Below, piece by piece: positions 16,685-25,807 of a stretch of DNA of 46,181 nt. Source of the stretch: a virus (lineage: Duplodnaviria > Caudoviricetes); IMG/VR virus record IMGVR_UViG_3300028906_000006, positions 1 to 46,181 of that record; one strand, given 5' to 3'. The stretch's first letter is position 1; the number at the start of each line of letters is the position of its first letter. The notes beneath the pieces were generated by a model. It had not been told where the DNA came from. It was given only the letters and a program-made list of their open reading frames with translations, and did not search any database. Both the position numbers and the translations under genes were made by a program.

Positions 16685-17893
16685 TTAGGCATATGTTAGA
16701 ACGTCGAACAACCATGCTTGCTTGCGCTCATGGCGAACCTCCCACCCGAGCTGCGATCTGTACTCGTCCGTCCTCGTGGTCGAGCCATCCGGCAGGATGT
16801 TCTCGAACAGCTTGGTGTCTCCGATGAGGTTGTCTCCGCCGCCTTGCAGGTAGCGAATTGCTACGCTGGGCAAGTCGATGGAGTAGGCATGGCTGGCAAA
16901 GGAGTTGCCGCCAGGGAAGCCAACGTCGCCAGTCCCCAAGCGGTAGTCGTTGGCCAGCATGAATTCTCCAAGGGCCATTTCAAAGCGCGCAATCTTCACG
17001 CCGAAAACAGTGTCGCCGACGCGCGTAAGCAACTTGTTTTGCGAGTAGAAGTTGAGTGCTGAAATGACTTTCGGAGCGCACAGCAAAAGCTTCTGCTTTT
17101 CTCCATAGCGGAACGCTGTCTCTGAGAACGTGTTCCACGTGGTGATCGTCGCCGTGCCGCTGGCATCCGTCTTGTTGGTGGCAATGCGCGACAGCCATCC
17201 CATCGTTGTCCACCGGGAAGATGGGCTGTTCAGGGATTCTGATGCGCGCGACCACAGGCCGGCGCCTTCGATTTCCGAGCGGTGCCGGATCAGCGCTTTG
17301 ACAAGCTGGTACTTCCGCTCGCCTTGTGGAGCTCCGTACTGCTTGGTGGATGCCGCGGTGTGCGTGACCTTCACCGGCGTCTTGAAGATTTGGGCGTAGC
17401 TGATCTGCACGGTTTTTGCCGTGTAGCGCTGCTGTCCAACGTTGTCGTCTTCCTTGAACGCCGAAGCAAGGACGCGGAGAGAGCCAGTAGCAGGCAAAGT
17501 GTCTGCTCCGGAGCTTCCGACGCCTCGCGTTACGGTCAGGGTGTTGGTGGAAATGGCGGTAACAAGAAACACTTCGGGAGCAGCGGAAGAATTGACCGCT
17601 TTGGGAACGGCTACAATGTCCCCGACTCCGAAAATAGTTCCGTCTGCCACCAGGATGTTGGTTGCCGCGGAAGACCAGTCCGAACCTGCCGAAGACTGGC
17701 CCCATAGAGTAACTTCCGTGTCTTCAACCCACTCAAAGCGCGGGCCGATTGTCGGCTGCTTCCTCTTTGCGGCGTTGGTCAGGACAAACAGCGGCGCGGC
17801 GTCCGGTTCAAGCAAAACCATCTGCTCCGAAACGTCGCGGACGTTGGTGGTGTCCGTAACCATCTGATTGAAACTGCGTGAAACTTGTAACAA
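16685..17893 (-). CDS. Major capsid protein (SU10 / DUF5309 type, HK97 fold)
   Basis: RDVSEQMVLLEP..APL, FEWVED, inserted LTVTRG domain, YAQIFK, AFRYG...LLLC, final LEVRHE-like strand; AGGAG SD with TTG start; follows the scaffold. Confidence 0.88.
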   Translation of the reverse strand: MLQVSRSFNQMVTDTTNVRDVSEQMVLLEPDAAPLFVLTNAAKRKQPTIGPRFEWVEDTEVTLWGQSSAGSDWSSAATNILVADGTIFGVGDIVAVPKAVNSSAAPEVFLVTAISTNTLTVTRGVGSSGADTLPATGSLRVLASAFKEDDNVGQQRYTAKTVQISYAQIFKTPVKVTHTAASTKQYGAPQGERKYQLVKALIRHRSEIEGAGLWSRASESLNSPSSRWTTMGWLSRIATNKTDASGTATITTWNTFSETAFRYGEKQKLLLCAPKVISALNFYSQNKLLTRVGDTVFGVKIARFEMALGEFMLANDYRLGTGDVGFPGGNSFASHAYSIDLPSVAIRYLQGGGDNLIGDTKLFENILPDGSTTRTDEYRSQLGWEVRHERKQAWLFDVLTYA

Positions 17894-17912
17894 GTTCTAG
17901 CTCCTTCTGCGC

Positions 17913-18989
17913 TCAGAGCTTCCCGTGTTCCCGCTGGTAAAGTGCCATCGTCTCATCGTCGAACAGATCCTGATTGGACTGGAACTTGCTGGAACCGGTA
18001 GCTTGTCTTGCGCCTTGTGATTGCCCGGAGCCGAGATTGCCTGCCGATCGCCTTACATCGGCGCGGCGGGCGTTTCTTGCACCTGCAGCAGCAGCTTGCT
18101 GGAGCAGTTGAGGATTCACGTTTTGGCCGCTCGCCATCTTTGCCAGCATGGCGTACTTGCGTTCAGCGTTCTGCTGTGGAGGCAAAGGCCTTCCCTGCTG
18201 GTCAGTGAACTGCATTTCGTCAAACCCCGGTATGCGTGCTGCAGCTTCTCGGAGCGTGGAACTGAATTCCTTCGTTCCGTAAGCTGGCAGACTCGCAAAG
18301 CTCTGGTCTGAGTTGCGAACGCGGTCCCAGGCCATCGCCATAGAACTTCGTTCGTACATGTCACTGAAGCCGGGAAAGGCTTGGCCCAGCTGGTTTCCTA
18401 GTTGGGCTTGAAGCATGTCCGGCAAAAACGTGTTGACGAGGTTCAGCATGTATTTGGAAGCGACTTGCGTAAAAGCCATCGGCTGTTCTGCCGCAGGCCG
18501 TTGCCAGATGCTCATAAACTCGGAATGGAACTGCTTGGCTACTTCCGGGTCGGTGCGCTCGGCTACAACTCGCGCCAAATTGTTGAAATGCTGTTCCCTG
18601 CTTACCTGCGGCTGCTCGCGGGTTGGTTCCGGTTGCGGCTCAGGTTCCTGCTGCTCTATCTGCTGTTGCTGCTGGATGAAAATATCGCTGTTGATCTTGT
18701 CGTGAAGCAGTTGGCGCAACAGTGGGTCTGTAGCCTGCTCCGGCGTCAAGTTGTACCGCTGGGCGTAGCGCGCATAAACCTCGTCGGGAAACACCTTGTC
18801 TTGGTCTGTTGGTAGCCAATCCTCGGCTGTTTCCTCGACTTGTTCTTGCTGCTCCTGCTCTTGCGGTTGCTCGGAGACTTCCTGTTCAGGTTGCTCTCCG
18901 GGCTGCTCGGCAACCTGCTCAGCTGTCTCTTCGCTTACCAGAGAATCCGCTATTGCGTCTTGCTCTGGAGCTGCTGTCACATCTGCCAT
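17913..18989 (-). CDS. Capsid scaffolding protein
   Basis: Very acidic E/Q-rich N-terminus, helical, directly upstream of the capsid gene; AAGGAG SD. Confidence 0.75.
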   Translation of the reverse strand: MADVTAAPEQDAIADSLVSEETAEQVAEQPGEQPEQEVSEQPQEQEQQEQVEETAEDWLPTDQDKVFPDEVYARYAQRYNLTPEQATDPLLRQLLHDKINSDIFIQQQQQIEQQEPEPQPEPTREQPQVSREQHFNNLARVVAERTDPEVAKQFHSEFMSIWQRPAAEQPMAFTQVASKYMLNLVNTFLPDMLQAQLGNQLGQAFPGFSDMYERSSMAMAWDRVRNSDQSFASLPAYGTKEFSSTLREAAARIPGFDEMQFTDQQGRPLPPQQNAERKYAMLAKMASGQNVNPQLLQQAAAAGARNARRADVRRSAGNLGSGQSQGARQATGSSKFQSNQDLFDDETMALYQREHGKL

Positions 18990-19042
18990 TTGTTACTCCT
19001 TGCCGGTGGGTCCGGCTAGTTCTGGGTGTGTCCCAGAGAAAC

Positions 19043-21556
19043 TCATTGCACCTTGCAGAAACTTCCTGCCTGAATCTGAAGTTGCACAGCCGTGCTAGCC
19101 TTAGCTAAGAGATTTACAGTGCCAGCGTTCGCCCCATTGATAAGAGAGAAGGAAACAAGGGCGTCAAAGTTGGTAGCTGCTGTAACGATCACATTCCCCA
19201 GCGAAGTGCTGTAGGCAGTCGCTACCGAGTTGTCGGTCGTTCCCAGAGCGGTAGGCTCGCTCAATCCGTAGATCACGGCGGTTGGTGCAGCAGGTCCAGT
19301 GAACTCGATATTCAGGCCGCCAAGCGCCACAGACTGATAGTAGAGATGGCATTCAGCAGTGTAAGTCGTGTTGGCCAGTACCGGAAATTGCAAAGTGTTG
19401 CCGCCGGTGACGTTTGTAAATCCTGTGGTTGAGTTGGTGTACTGGCTGGTTAGAATGGTTATACCAGGATAGTTCTGTGTAGAAGGACCATTCGCCCCAA
19501 AGTCCCACAGGTTGATAACGCGGGCCGCCGCTGTTGCTGCTGGCTGAAACTTGAAGTTGTTTGTCGCTGCTGTGCCGAGCCAGAGGTTTCCATAAGGGAG
19601 TAATGTGGAGCCCAGGTCACCTGTTCCAGCTACGGCGGGAACGATTGACCCTGGCCATTGAAGTTGGTCTAACGCAGTGTGTGCAAGGGCGAGATTCCCG
19701 CTCGCGGCATTGTTCTCCCAGTTTATTGTGTCGGCTGTACCGAGCCGGAATGCCCCTGCGGCCGAAGGCGTTGCTGCCGTAGTCCGGTAGGCCGCTCCGC
19801 TGACTACCCCTGACGTGGCAAAGACGTTCCCACTAGCGTTGATGCTGACAAGTCCCAACACTCCGGTATTGGTAAGCGTCATGGTATCCGCGCCGTTTCC
19901 TGCCGGAGGAGAAGCATATCCCCAATGCAAAACACTGGAAGCGTCATGGTATTCCGTAAACGCTTGGCGCGCAGAAGCTACCACTGTTCCGGCGCCGCTG
20001 GCTGGCAACGGGTTTCCAATAACTTGTGGCGCGGTGCCGGAAGCTCCGGTGCAAGTTCCGATAGACGCGCAAGTCGGAAGCCCCGTAACGGGATTTGTGT
20101 ACGTGAAAGTGCTCCCGCCGCTGCATCCGGGCGTCAGGACAGTGAAGGCTCCGTTGTATCCGTTGTTTATCAGCGGGCTTCCGTTCAGGACGTTGGCGAT
20201 AGTGACCGTTTCTCCGGTCGTGAATGGACAGGTGGCCGAGGTCGTGATAGTGACGGTTCCGGCTGCCTCGCTTGCCCCGCTGATATTCGATACTGCCGTG
20301 GTGATGTTGGAATTATTGCATGTGAATGCAGGCGTGGTTACGCTTTGTATCACGCAATCTATGTTGTATCCAGACTGCCCTACTCCCGTGATGTGCGCAA
20401 TGCTCCCTGCCGCAAAGTTCCCTGAAATAGGTGCGTTGCATGTGTAGGTCGAGACGTTGCCTACTTCCGATGCTCCATTTGGCGCCGCCAGCAAGGTGCA
20501 GGATGTTCCGGCATTGGTTGAGAAAAAGGCCGCGACATTTGATTGTCCTGAATTAGCCGCCTTCTCTCCGTGAATAACCCCGTAGGTTGGAGAGTCAGAG
20601 TAAAGCGGCTGAAGCCCGCCAATGACCGTGTAGGGCTCGCCTGCTCCAATGAACTCGCAGGAAGTAATCGCCGCCCCGCACCAGTACCCGTTGTCAGGTC
20701 GAGCGACTTGGACTCCGTGAAGGATGGCGTGGCCGGTGTTGATCACATCTGAAAGAAACTCGCCAATCAGCGCCCCTTTTCCCGTGGCGGAAGATGCTGT
20801 ACCGAAATAAGATGTGATGTTATTAGAACCGCTGAAAATAACATTGGTCTGCATCGGGCTGTAGTCGCAGGCGGTGTCCCCGAACCATCCCGCGCATCTG
20901 GAAGTAAGACTTAGAAGTTGCGAGGCCTGCACCAATCTTGAGCCGAGAGCTGTTGAGAAATTCTTGGCTACGAAATCAGAAGCAACCTGACTGGATGTAG
21001 CTCCCGCTCCGTTGACCGTGCCTCCTACGACTGCCAGGCAGTTGGTGGTGTTTTCATTTAGGATTCCTCCAGAGTTCAAGCCGTTGCAGTTTGCCTGGAT
21101 ATATTCAGTTACTGCGGATTGCACATCGTGCCCGGCGGCTACATACAAATCAGACCGATGCGTGGCGCCTGCAAATCCGTTTGGCGGTACTATTGGCGCT
21201 CCGCCGTAGTACAAGATGCTGTGCGTGCAGGTGTTGCTTATGCCCAAGCCTATGGCGATGATTGGAGAAGCTACGCTACCGCAAACATTGTTCAGGTTCT
21301 GTGGGACATCTCCGCTGGTTGTGTCTGTTCCCGTCCCGGTTGTCACAAGCCCTGTAAATGTTGCCGAGCTTAGATTGCTGAAGCTCCACGTCCCTGTGAC
21401 CGTGCAATTCAGGTTGGCAGCGCAGAACGTATTTACCTGAGGAGGAATAGCTTCCAGTTCAACGAATGGTGGCACAATCGGTGCATGGAGCGTGTAGTCA
21501 TGCGGGCGAGCCACGGCCGAGGTGGCGAAGAGGAGGAAAATGAGTAGGCGTTTCAT
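19043..21556 (-). CDS. Large Cys-rich fibre/decoration protein with Sec signal peptide
   Basis: 837 aa; MKRLLIFLLFATSAVA-RP; T/G/N/S-rich; two tandem FCCH-like modules; located between portal and scaffold. Confidence 0.65.
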   Translation of the reverse strand: MKRLLIFLLFATSAVARPHDYTLHAPIVPPFVELEAIPPQVNTFCAANLNCTVTGTWSFSNLSSATFTGLVTTGTGTDTTSGDVPQNLNNVCGSVASPIIAIGLGISNTCTHSILYYGGAPIVPPNGFAGATHRSDLYVAAGHDVQSAVTEYIQANCNGLNSGGILNENTTNCLAVVGGTVNGAGATSSQVASDFVAKNFSTALGSRLVQASQLLSLTSRCAGWFGDTACDYSPMQTNVIFSGSNNITSYFGTASSATGKGALIGEFLSDVINTGHAILHGVQVARPDNGYWCGAAITSCEFIGAGEPYTVIGGLQPLYSDSPTYGVIHGEKAANSGQSNVAAFFSTNAGTSCTLLAAPNGASEVGNVSTYTCNAPISGNFAAGSIAHITGVGQSGYNIDCVIQSVTTPAFTCNNSNITTAVSNISGASEAAGTVTITTSATCPFTTGETVTIANVLNGSPLINNGYNGAFTVLTPGCSGGSTFTYTNPVTGLPTCASIGTCTGASGTAPQVIGNPLPASGAGTVVASARQAFTEYHDASSVLHWGYASPPAGNGADTMTLTNTGVLGLVSINASGNVFATSGVVSGAAYRTTAATPSAAGAFRLGTADTINWENNAASGNLALAHTALDQLQWPGSIVPAVAGTGDLGSTLLPYGNLWLGTAATNNFKFQPAATAAARVINLWDFGANGPSTQNYPGITILTSQYTNSTTGFTNVTGGNTLQFPVLANTTYTAECHLYYQSVALGGLNIEFTGPAAPTAVIYGLSEPTALGTTDNSVATAYSTSLGNVIVTAATNFDALVSFSLINGANAGTVNLLAKASTAVQLQIQAGSFCKVQ

Positions 21557-22407
21557 AGTGGCAACTCCGCCCAGGAGAGATATGCAAGCCCGGTGATGGC
21601 CGTGGTCAGCGCCACAAAGCCGACTGCGCTCCCCGGCGGAACGATGATTCCGCCTGCCAGCTCGTCCTTCAGGCCGATGGCGTTCTGCGCCACCGCCGTA
21701 ATCCAGCCAAATCCGTAGAGAGGCCGCAAGAATACAGGGTTTGCGGCCAGCGTGCAGGATGCCGCCACTTTCGCTACGGAGCTTGCGCCCGAGTTCAGGT
21801 TGGTACTGATCAGCGCCGAGTTTCCAGCAGTCAATGCCGGAGGAGCTAGAGCGATAGGCTGAGAAAAAAGCAGCATGGCATAGACACCGGCTGCTACGAT
21901 GGTGGGAGCAAAGATAGCTTCGAGCAGCGCCAGATTCTTTCCGGAGCCGCCGGGATTGTAAACGATGAGCCCCGTGTAAGTTGTCTGTCCTGTCAGCGCT
22001 ACCGCCTGAGCCGCCGTGTTCATAGCCGCAAACATGTTCCCGGCATAGGCGTTCAGGTAGTAGCGCGCATTCAGTTCGCTGATGACGCTGGCGCCTTGCA
22101 GGTTGCCGCTGCCGTCAATGCTGCCTATCTCCGTGGCCGATGCTGGCGCTGCCGCCCCTGCTGTCCCTACGCTGGGATTTGAGGCAGAGATGCTCCCGGT
22201 GATTGGCAGCGGGTTGGCTGCGCTAACGCCGATGAGGTTCCCTGAGCCGTCCTTGAAGGCCGTGTAATCGGCTTGGGCAGGAACAGGCGAGCCTGTAGCG
22301 CCAGCCGCGGGATTGTTGCCGCCAGCGCCTCCGGCAACTACATTGACACGCAGCGCTTGATTGCCCGTGTCTATGCAGCCATCGGTCCTATCAGGAACAA
22401 AGGCCAT
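21553..22407 (-). CDS. Virion structural (decoration/fibre) protein
   Basis: 284 aa; repeated GSGNL.GVS/GAS units and a jelly-roll-like C-terminus (LIVYNPGGSGKNL...IIVPPGS...WAELP). Confidence 0.6.
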   Translation of the reverse strand: MAFVPDRTDGCIDTGNQALRVNVVAGGAGGNNPAAGATGSPVPAQADYTAFKDGSGNLIGVSAANPLPITGSISASNPSVGTAGAAAPASATEIGSIDGSGNLQGASVISELNARYYLNAYAGNMFAAMNTAAQAVALTGQTTYTGLIVYNPGGSGKNLALLEAIFAPTIVAAGVYAMLLFSQPIALAPPALTAGNSALISTNLNSGASSVAKVAASCTLAANPVFLRPLYGFGWITAVAQNAIGLKDELAGGIIVPPGSAVGFVALTTAITGLAYLSWAELPL

Positions 22408-22887
22408 TTACTTCTTTCGTCGTTCAACGCGCGGCATGGGGCGAATGTCTACGGCGCCCTTGCGGCGTTCCGGACCCTGGTAGACTGGACCTTTCGTTCC
22501 CAGCATGGCGCGCAAGGCAGCGAGTTCGGCGTCCGTCAGTTGCTTCGAAGGCTCGAGCGGAGCAACATTGATGGGCATAGGCTTCAGTGGGTCGTGCGCT
22601 TTGTCTACGCCGACAACTTCTACGGGATAGCGGTCGCGAACGACTTGCACGCCTGAAGAGTCCACCACGCCCAGGAAGGCTGCGGCATCGTCGCCGTCAA
22701 TGGCCACAACCAGTGCTGTCAGCGGTGCGCCGTTTCCGCCAAAGTAGTTTACCCGCCAGAGCGAGGCTTTCAGCTTTTCCGGCTTCCGCGTGTCCGGAGC
22801 TCCATGCCTCCGTTCCGTGCGTGGCAGCGGCCGAAGGTCTGTAGCCGATATGCGGCGTTCCTCGAGTGGTGCGAATTGTTCAGCCAT
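22408..22887 (-). CDS. Hypothetical protein with ERR repeats
   Basis: 159 aa; GAGGAG SD; EERR, TERR, YQGPERR and VERR flank a small beta-alpha core. Confidence 0.65.
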   Translation of the reverse strand: MAEQFAPLEERRISATDLRPLPRTERRHGAPDTRKPEKLKASLWRVNYFGGNGAPLTALVVAIDGDDAAAFLGVVDSSGVQVVRDRYPVEVVGVDKAHDPLKPMPINVAPLEPSKQLTDAELAALRAMLGTKGPVYQGPERRKGAVDIRPMPRVERRKK

Positions 22888-23149
22888 TTGTTGCTCCTCT
22901 CAGACTTTCTTCTGCGAATCGTTGCAGTTCTCGCAGTGAATCTTCGTAAGCTTCTACTTTCCCGGCCAGCCTGGCCTCTTTCATCGTGTCGCGTACCGAT
23001 TGCCTGACAGCGCTCAGAAGCTGCTCAATATGTTCGCTGCGAAGCTTTCCATAGAAAGCCACAAGGCCCGCAGATAACAACGGATCGTTGATGCCGTCAT
23101 AAAGCTGTTGCGCCTCAGCTAGTCTTAGAGGGGGTTGCGTTCCCGGCAT
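22880..23149 (-). CDS. Small helical protein downstream of the portal
   Basis: 89 aa; ARLAGKVEAY helix, typical of the post-portal gene in podoviruses. Confidence 0.6.
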   Translation of the reverse strand: MPGTQPPLRLAEAQQLYDGINDPLLSAGLVAFYGKLRSEHIEQLLSAVRQSVRDTMKEARLAGKVEAYEDSLRELQRFAEESLRGATNG

Positions 23150-25346
23150 TTTTACTCATTGGCGTTTCCGGCTCATCGTCCGCAGACTTGGTGCTCATCA
23201 GGTTGTCAGCGTGGTCTGCGCCCTTGGATAGCTTTTCTATGCCTTGCAGGGTGTGGTCAATCTGCATATTCTGCTGTGTCTGCGGAGTTACTTGCGCGCC
23301 CATTTGCTGGAACAGCACTTGCTGCACTTCCGGAGGCAGGAGCTCGCCCTTCCATGCCACTGTCTCGGTAACCTTGGGCGGTGGCGGCTGTGGTGGCTTC
23401 GGAGGCGGTACAGCCTTGTCAGCGTCAATGCCCCTGATCGTCCCCGCAAAGAATCTCATGCAGTAATACGGGTCGGCTACTCCCGGCATCTGGCCTGCCA
23501 TCTCAACCAACTGCAAAGCAGCACTTCTGCGGATGTCGTCGTCGACCGACAGCATGGACATGGCTGCAGGCTCGACTTGAATCTCTTGCTGAAGTTCCAT
23601 GAAGTCGAGTTTCACTACCGACGCCTTGCCGTATCGCTGGCTGAGTCCTTCAACTTGGCCTGTGTATTTCCCTGGAATGCTGATAGGCTTGTAGCCGCTC
23701 GGGCTTTGCTGATCCTGCTCCGGCTCCGTTTGTTGCAGCATGGCCAGCTTCTTTTCGCCAGACTCCTTCAGATACCAATTGAGTGAATCAATCTCGAATT
23801 GCGTCAAAGCGTCGGCAGACTTGGCGGCAAGGACTGCCGTTGTCGCAGTCTTCCCTGCTTGCGGGTTGGAGTCTGTTCCTGTTTCTACGTTTGTCAGGTT
23901 TGGCTCGGCCAGCGCCATCATGCGGATGTTTTGTGCTTCTTCTTCGGTAGCTGCCTGGATCGCCGGGCCAAGGGAGATATTCTCCATCATCGGCTCGATG
24001 GCTGACGGGTCGCGCATCTGAATCACGCGGAAGAGTACGCGGTCGATTTGCTCGTCCGGCAGGTCTGCTCCTGCTTTCATCTTCATCAATGGCCGAAGAA
24101 GATTCGCCACCAGGTCGCGGCGCGAACCCACAATTGCATTGTGCAAAAGCCAGAGATGCCGGAGTAGAAGCGGTGTCGAGTCACCATAAGCGCTCAGTAA
24201 GTCAAACATCGGGACCAGTTCGGTGTAGCAATACTTTCCGTACAAGTCCCAAGGATACGGCATCTTGCCAAGATAGACCTTTTCGTTGCCTATCCACTCA
24301 ATCCAGAACTTGCCGTCTTTGTCCTTGGTGTGGCATTCCAGAATGTCGTAGCGCTTGCCCTTCAGAAGCTTTGTCGGCCAGAGCGGCAACGTCTGCCCCA
24401 GTGAATTCGTGCGCAAACGTGACCGCAAGTCAAATGGCTGCTGCTGGTAGACCGGCTGCCAGCTTGGCATGTCAGCAAGTTCCTTGATGGCTTTCGGATC
24501 GAATAGCGGCTGCTCGCTCTGGTCGTCCGGGTCTATATAGGTCTTGGCTTGCATCTTCTTCAGCCAGACATCGGATTCCCAGTAGTTCTCAACGCACCAG
24601 CCAGAAAGATTCAAGCTTGCGCAGCCAGGCTCCATGAAGAAGTCGCCGATGAAGACGTTCTTCGACACCGGCCCTTCGAACTGGCTGATCTTCTGCGGGA
24701 CTTGCGTAGTGTTGCCGTACTTGGCGATAGCCTGAGCGCGTTCATCGTCGGTTGGGTCAGAGTCGTTGTCGGAGTCTTGGCCGTCGAGCGAACGAAGGCT
24801 TTTGCCGCTCATCGTGGCTACGTTCTGAAAGAAGTTCTTGTTCTGCTCTACCGTATCCCAGTAGAGCTTAGAGACGCCCCATCCAAAGGTCTGCGCGGAA
24901 GATACTAGCTTCCTGTGCTCCATCGACTCCCCAGAGCGGTCGAATTGCATGTAGGACCATGCTGTGAGCTTTTCTGCTATGTCTGTGTTGCCAGAGGAGG
25001 GCACGGTGTAATTGATTTGTGGAGGTGTGGCTGTCAGGCGGGCTGTCTTTCGGCGGATAATCAGGCTTAGTTCCGGCATTGCTACGTTCGTGCGCGTCTT
25101 GTCCTCGACTTCGTTGCCGGTCTTGTCCGTCACCATGATGGGCTTGGTGCGGCACTTCGAAGCCCTGAAGACATCTTCAAACTGATCCCACATATTTATC
25201 TGCATCCATCTGCGGGATTCATTTCTTCGATCAAGAATATCTGCAACACCTTCAGGCGTGCGCTTAGACTTTCGCTTCCCTTTGCTTGTAGATTCTGAGG
25301 ATTGCTGCGGTTCTTGCTGGCTCGTTCCTGGAATTTCTTGAGCCAT
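23115..25346 (-). CDS. Portal protein
   Basis: 743 aa; AQTFGWGVSKLYW, DFFMEPG, YDILECH, MPYPW, TATTA motif, P/Q-rich tail; downstream of the terminase; GAGGT SD. Confidence 0.85.
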   Translation of the reverse strand: MAQEIPGTSQQEPQQSSESTSKGKRKSKRTPEGVADILDRRNESRRWMQINMWDQFEDVFRASKCRTKPIMVTDKTGNEVEDKTRTNVAMPELSLIIRRKTARLTATPPQINYTVPSSGNTDIAEKLTAWSYMQFDRSGESMEHRKLVSSAQTFGWGVSKLYWDTVEQNKNFFQNVATMSGKSLRSLDGQDSDNDSDPTDDERAQAIAKYGNTTQVPQKISQFEGPVSKNVFIGDFFMEPGCASLNLSGWCVENYWESDVWLKKMQAKTYIDPDDQSEQPLFDPKAIKELADMPSWQPVYQQQPFDLRSRLRTNSLGQTLPLWPTKLLKGKRYDILECHTKDKDGKFWIEWIGNEKVYLGKMPYPWDLYGKYCYTELVPMFDLLSAYGDSTPLLLRHLWLLHNAIVGSRRDLVANLLRPLMKMKAGADLPDEQIDRVLFRVIQMRDPSAIEPMMENISLGPAIQAATEEEAQNIRMMALAEPNLTNVETGTDSNPQAGKTATTAVLAAKSADALTQFEIDSLNWYLKESGEKKLAMLQQTEPEQDQQSPSGYKPISIPGKYTGQVEGLSQRYGKASVVKLDFMELQQEIQVEPAAMSMLSVDDDIRRSAALQLVEMAGQMPGVADPYYCMRFFAGTIRGIDADKAVPPPKPPQPPPPKVTETVAWKGELLPPEVQQVLFQQMGAQVTPQTQQNMQIDHTLQGIEKLSKGADHADNLMSTKSADDEPETPMSKNAGNATPSKTS

Positions 25347-25785
25347 TATCCAAATACCTCAAAGCCCTTTGCAGAAGCTCGGCGCTGTCCCCGAGATGGG
25401 CAATCGCGGTGTTGCAAGGAGCACAGAGCAGCCCGCGAATAATCTTGGTCTGATGGCAATGGTCTACGCGAAGAAAGTACGATGGTTTCTTGCGGCAGAT
25501 AGCGCAGCCACCGTCTTGCGCTTTGAGCATCTGGGCGTAATCTTCCGGTGTTAGCCCGTATTTTACGCGCCATTGCCGATGACGTAGGTATTCCGTCCAT
25601 TTCCCGGCAGTTTTTAACTTTAGTCGCCAGACCTGTTTCTCCGATGAAATACATCCCTTGCAACGAGAGTTCAGCATGTCCGGCGTGCGACTGTCGTTGG
25701 CGAAAGCTTTGTAAGCTTTCCGTTTCCCGCAAAGGGAGCACACTTTGGAATCGGGGCGAATGCGTGGTAGTTTTGGTCTTCCCAT
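25264..25785 (-). CDS. Endonuclease VII family endonuclease
   Basis: KYGLTPEDY..ML.AQ.G.CAIC...VDHCHQT..IRGLLC..CN..I; overlaps the portal start by 83 nt. Confidence 0.92.
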   Translation of the reverse strand: MGRPKLPRIRPDSKVCSLCGKRKAYKAFANDSRTPDMLNSRCKGCISSEKQVWRLKLKTAGKWTEYLRHRQWRVKYGLTPEDYAQMLKAQDGGCAICRKKPSYFLRVDHCHQTKIIRGLLCAPCNTAIAHLGDSAELLQRALRYLDNGSRNSRNEPARTAAILRIYKQREAKV

Positions 25786-25792
25786 GCCAGCT

Positions 25793-25801
25793 ATTGTAGC
25801 A
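25793..25801 (-). promoter_or_regulatory. Extended -10 promoter, probably leaderless
   Basis: TG-c-TACAAT, then 7 nt, then ATG 25785; no SD. Confidence 0.55.
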
Positions 25802-25807
25802 TGACAT

